From Thermotogota bacterium (GTDB lineage: Bacteria; Thermotogota; Thermotogae; Petrotogales; Kosmotogaceae): a stretch of DNA of 64,000 nt. Each line of letters begins with the position of its first letter. Positions within the stretch are counted from its first letter, which is position 1. The stretch covers positions 48,161-112,160 of the forward strand of contig JAYEJL010000165.1 of assembly GCA_034660555.1 (NCBI GenBank). The letters run 5' to 3'. The translations under genes were made by a program, and so were the position numbers. Below, piece after piece: positions 60,913 through 64,000 of the stretch. The notes under the pieces were generated by a model, which made no database searches, had not been told where the DNA came from, and saw only the letters and a list, made by a program, of their open reading frames with translations.

Positions 60913-61409
60913 CTACATAGTTTCTTTATAACAAATTAAGTTATCAATAACATCGAATGACGAGTTAATTATTCTTGCAGTCAGTCCCCAGATATCCAGT
61001 TTTGGCATCCTATATAGTAGTGTATGTTTACCTGCAATTTGGATGTTCTCTGGACTTGACTTTTTTAAGTATTCATAAGAAACAAAAAATATGTCCACAA
61101 TTTCATCTGTGTTCAAAACAAAGGAAGTTGATAGAATTCTAGTAGCAAAAGGAAAAACTTCTATTGATGTAGTTATCGTCTGATTTTCTCTCAAAGGAAT
61201 GAATGAATTTACACAGTCTACATTTGCACCTATTTCCTCTTTTAGTTCTCTTTTAGCAGCATCAATAGGAGTTTCTCCCTTTTCTATAAAACCACCAGGA
61301 AAACTAATCTGTCCGGGATGAAATCTGAGTTTTCTTGATCGTCTTGTAAAATAATGTGGTATTCTTCATTTAATAAAACCAATGGAACAACAATAGAAGC
61401 TGATTTCAA
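60913..61409 (-). pseudogene. Nudix CoA pyrophosphatase-like gene, frameshifted
   Basis: TTG start: LKSASIVVPLVLLNEEYHII / FTRRSRKLRFHPGQISFPGGFIEKGETPIDAAKRELKEEIG...IWGLTARI; one T missing at ATTATTTTACA (~61350). Confidence 0.82.
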
Positions 61410-61504
61410 CTAAACACCCCTTCTCAACTGTATATTTTACAGGTATCTTATTAAATCTATATTATAATCTTTCTACTGGCATATAATGGTAATGGAGGGA
61501 TAAA

Positions 61505-62743
61505 ATGAGAGCTGAAATAATAAATGTCGGAACCGAGATCCTTTTAGGAAATATTATCAACACAAACAGCGCTTATCTATCGAGAAAGCTGGCTGAACTT
61601 GGTATAAATCTATACAAACAGACAGTGGTAGGAGACAATATGGAAAGGCTTATAAACTCATTAAGCGATGCACTGAACAGCGTTGATATCATAATTACCA
61701 CAGGAGGTCTGGGTCCAACTCAGGATGACATTACTAAAGAAGCCGTGGCAAAATGTCTAAACAAAGAACTGGTTCTTGACAGTGAATCCTTGAAGCAAAT
61801 TGAGAACTTCTTTATAAGTCGTAATAAAAATATGAATGAATATAACAGAAAGCAGGCTTACTTTCCTGAGAATTCTATAATTCTTGAAAATACTGTAGGA
61901 ACCGCTCCAGGTTGCATAGTTGAGAGCAAAGAAAAGACGATTATTCTTCTTCCAGGGCCACCACATGAAATGGAAGTAATGTTTGAAAATAACGTGTTCG
62001 AATATCTAAGTAAAAAGAGCAAACAGATAATTCACTCCAGATTCCTTCGATTATTTGGAATCGGTGAAAGTGATGTTGTAAAAATAATTGAAGATCTTAT
62101 AGAAGAACAGGATAATCCAACAATCGCACCTTATGCTGATGGTTATCAGGTATCCTTAAGAATCACAGCACGTACAAAAGAAAAAACAGATGCCATTTCG
62201 ATGATAAACAGAGTAGAAGAAAAGATACAAAAAAGATTGGGTGAGTACATTTATGGAAGAGACAATGAAACACTTGAAAGTATGGTACTGAACGTTCTCG
62301 CTAATAAGAATAAAACAATTGCTTTTGCCGAATCGTGTACGGGTGGAATGATTTCATCAAGAATCGTAAATGTTCCAGGAGCCTCCAGGGCATTTGTTGG
62401 ATCAGTAATCGCCTACAGCAATGAGATCAAAATTCGTGAGCTCAACACTCAGAAGAAAACCTTAAGGAAATATGGTGCGGTAAGCGAAGAAACAGCAAAG
62501 GAAATGGCCAGAGATATCAGGAGTTCCTTTAATAGTGATATAGGAATATCTACAACAGGAATTGCAGGTCCTACAGGTGGCACTCCTGAAAAACCCGTTG
62601 GAACGGTTTATATAGGGTTGAGTTATGACAATAAGGTGGAAGCTTTCCATTTTCATTTTAAAGGTGACCGTAATAGAATTCGAACACTCACAACGTTTCA
62701 TGCTCTTAATATTCTCAGAAAATATCTCTCCAGCATTTCTTAA
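61505..62743 (+). CDS. cinA: Competence/damage-inducible protein CinA (MCF + NMN deamidase)
   Basis: VGTEILLG...NTN, TGGLGPTQDDIT, LPGPP, AESCTGG, STTGIAGP. Confidence 0.94.
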   Translation: MRAEIINVGTEILLGNIINTNSAYLSRKLAELGINLYKQTVVGDNMERLINSLSDALNSVDIIITTGGLGPTQDDITKEAVAKCLNKELVLDSESLKQIENFFISRNKNMNEYNRKQAYFPENSIILENTVGTAPGCIVESKEKTIILLPGPPHEMEVMFENNVFEYLSKKSKQIIHSRFLRLFGIGESDVVKIIEDLIEEQDNPTIAPYADGYQVSLRITARTKEKTDAISMINRVEEKIQKRLGEYIYGRDNETLESMVLNVLANKNKTIAFAESCTGGMISSRIVNVPGASRAFVGSVIAYSNEIKIRELNTQKKTLRKYGAVSEETAKEMARDIRSSFNSDIGISTTGIAGPTGGTPEKPVGTVYIGLSYDNKVEAFHFHFKGDRNRIRTLTTFHALNILRKYLSSIS

Positions 62744-62877
62744 TTACTTATTACTGTAGTGTTTAATGACTGTTATTATCTGACTAAATATTACTGAAAA
62801 TCCGTCAAAAACACTTCGTGCTGCAACCTAACTCTCCTTCAATCAGGTTTATTATCGTAAAAACGGAGGTGAGTACA

Positions 62878-63819
62878 TTGAGAAATATTGTGCTGATTAT
62901 AATTATCTTGATCATGACCTCTGCTGTATTTTCATCAGTCATTTATCTTGGAACCGGTTACAACGAAATATCTGAAATCACTTATGATGGCGAAAAATGG
63001 ATCAAGAATCAACATTATTGTCCACCGTTAAGTAGTTCTGGTGTAGAAACAACAAGATATCTGTATGTAAATCTACGTGACCTTGGTTTTTGCATTGTTG
63101 ATAAAGAAAATATGGTCGTACTTGAACAAATTGATACTTTTCATGCAGAAGACATTGCATTTGACATCAACAAACTAAAATTCTACATAGCTGATGGAGT
63201 TGGATTGAGTGTTTTCTTTTTAGAAAGGCCATCAAAGGTATGGAACAGAGGTATAATTCATTTAAGAGGATGGATAAGTCAGGTAGAGCTTCTTGGTGAT
63301 TACATCGTTCTGTCATCTTTATACGACGGAATTTACCTGCTTAGAGAATGTTCAGGTAATTTTATTTTGCTTGATTACTTCGGGCGAACCTATGAGGATC
63401 CTCTGGAACAACCATTAATGACACTCAGTATAAGAACATATGGTAGAACAATCTACGTGGCAGCGGAAGATGGCATTCATCTAATGCGCGTCAGTGCAAA
63501 TAAACTGTTCCATGAGCTGAAATTAACAAACACAATGAGTATTGATGTAGCAGTAAACAGCTCATACATAGCAGCTGCAGAACCACTACAAAAACGCGTA
63601 TCATTATTTCTTACTTCATCACGTGAAAAAATAGCAGAGTTTCTTTATCCAAATCAACCAACTGCAGTTCACCTAATAGAAGATGAAAATACAGGTGAAA
63701 TCTTTGTTGCTACCATCGTTGCAGGAGCAGGTTTAATTATTGATAATATTACAACTGGTGATAGATGGACTATTGGCGGAAGCTACACAGGTTTTATTAG
63801 AAAAGTATCTGTGCAATAG
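62878..63819 (+). CDS. Hypothetical exported beta-propeller (LVIVD-like) protein
   Basis: TTG start after GGAGG, signal peptide, repeated YIADG/YVAAEDG blade-like segments. Confidence 0.6.
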   Translation: MRNIVLIIIILIMTSAVFSSVIYLGTGYNEISEITYDGEKWIKNQHYCPPLSSSGVETTRYLYVNLRDLGFCIVDKENMVVLEQIDTFHAEDIAFDINKLKFYIADGVGLSVFFLERPSKVWNRGIIHLRGWISQVELLGDYIVLSSLYDGIYLLRECSGNFILLDYFGRTYEDPLEQPLMTLSIRTYGRTIYVAAEDGIHLMRVSANKLFHELKLTNTMSIDVAVNSSYIAAAEPLQKRVSLFLTSSREKIAEFLYPNQPTAVHLIEDENTGEIFVATIVAGAGLIIDNITTGDRWTIGGSYTGFIRKVSVQ

Positions 63820-63853
63820 TAAATTATCGAACCAACAAAATGAGTAATACCTA

Positions 63854-64000
63854 TTATCGCTGCCGGATCAAAAGATATAATGCCATTATTGTTGAGAAAG
63901 CTGTTACTATAGGAGTTAAAGCATGAATGGCCAATGTAAGCCTATTGGTAAATCTATCAAAACTCAATAACCTACCTGTAACAAACAATGTAACAACAGA
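63854..64000 (-). CDS. 3' end of a hypothetical membrane protein (runs off window edge)
   Basis: Open frame ...SVVTLFVTGRLLSFDRFTNRLTLAIHALTPIVTAFSTIMALYLLIRQR*. Confidence 0.55.
   Translation of the reverse strand, partial: SVVTLFVTGRLLSFDRFTNRLTLAIHALTPIVTAFSTIMALYLLIRQR

Overview
A 64 kb AT-rich bacterial chromosome segment of mainly housekeeping genes. Gene content (ThrRS-N/uridine kinase fusion, GH57 branching enzyme with DUF4912, trkA-trkH-hisS, stand-alone oadA, MalE-type binding protein) points to Thermotogota; this is inferred from protein family recognition, not from a search. It holds about 50 CDSs, three tRNAs (Ile2/Met-CAT, Arg-CCT, Gln-TTG), groESL with a CIRCE element, feoAB with a Fur-like box, a LacI/ABC/GH42 galactoside operon with tandem operators, tldDE and an archaeal-type proline dehydrogenase plus pruA operon. 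I saw no CRISPR array, IS element, prophage or rRNA. The strongest signal is widespread gene decay that the ORF track hides: trkH, the short trkA, feoB (3 frameshifts), a truncated ugpA, a 4-lesion hypothetical gene, a DUF6544-like gene (2 Trp-to-stop changes), a Nudix gene and ydcF are disrupted, while core genes are intact. Best candidates for new biology are two tandem small outer-membrane beta-barrel-like paralogs with variable loops, an exported HEXXH peptidase/propeller/barrel-like protein, and a 200-nt leader with a uORF upstream of a GNAT gene.
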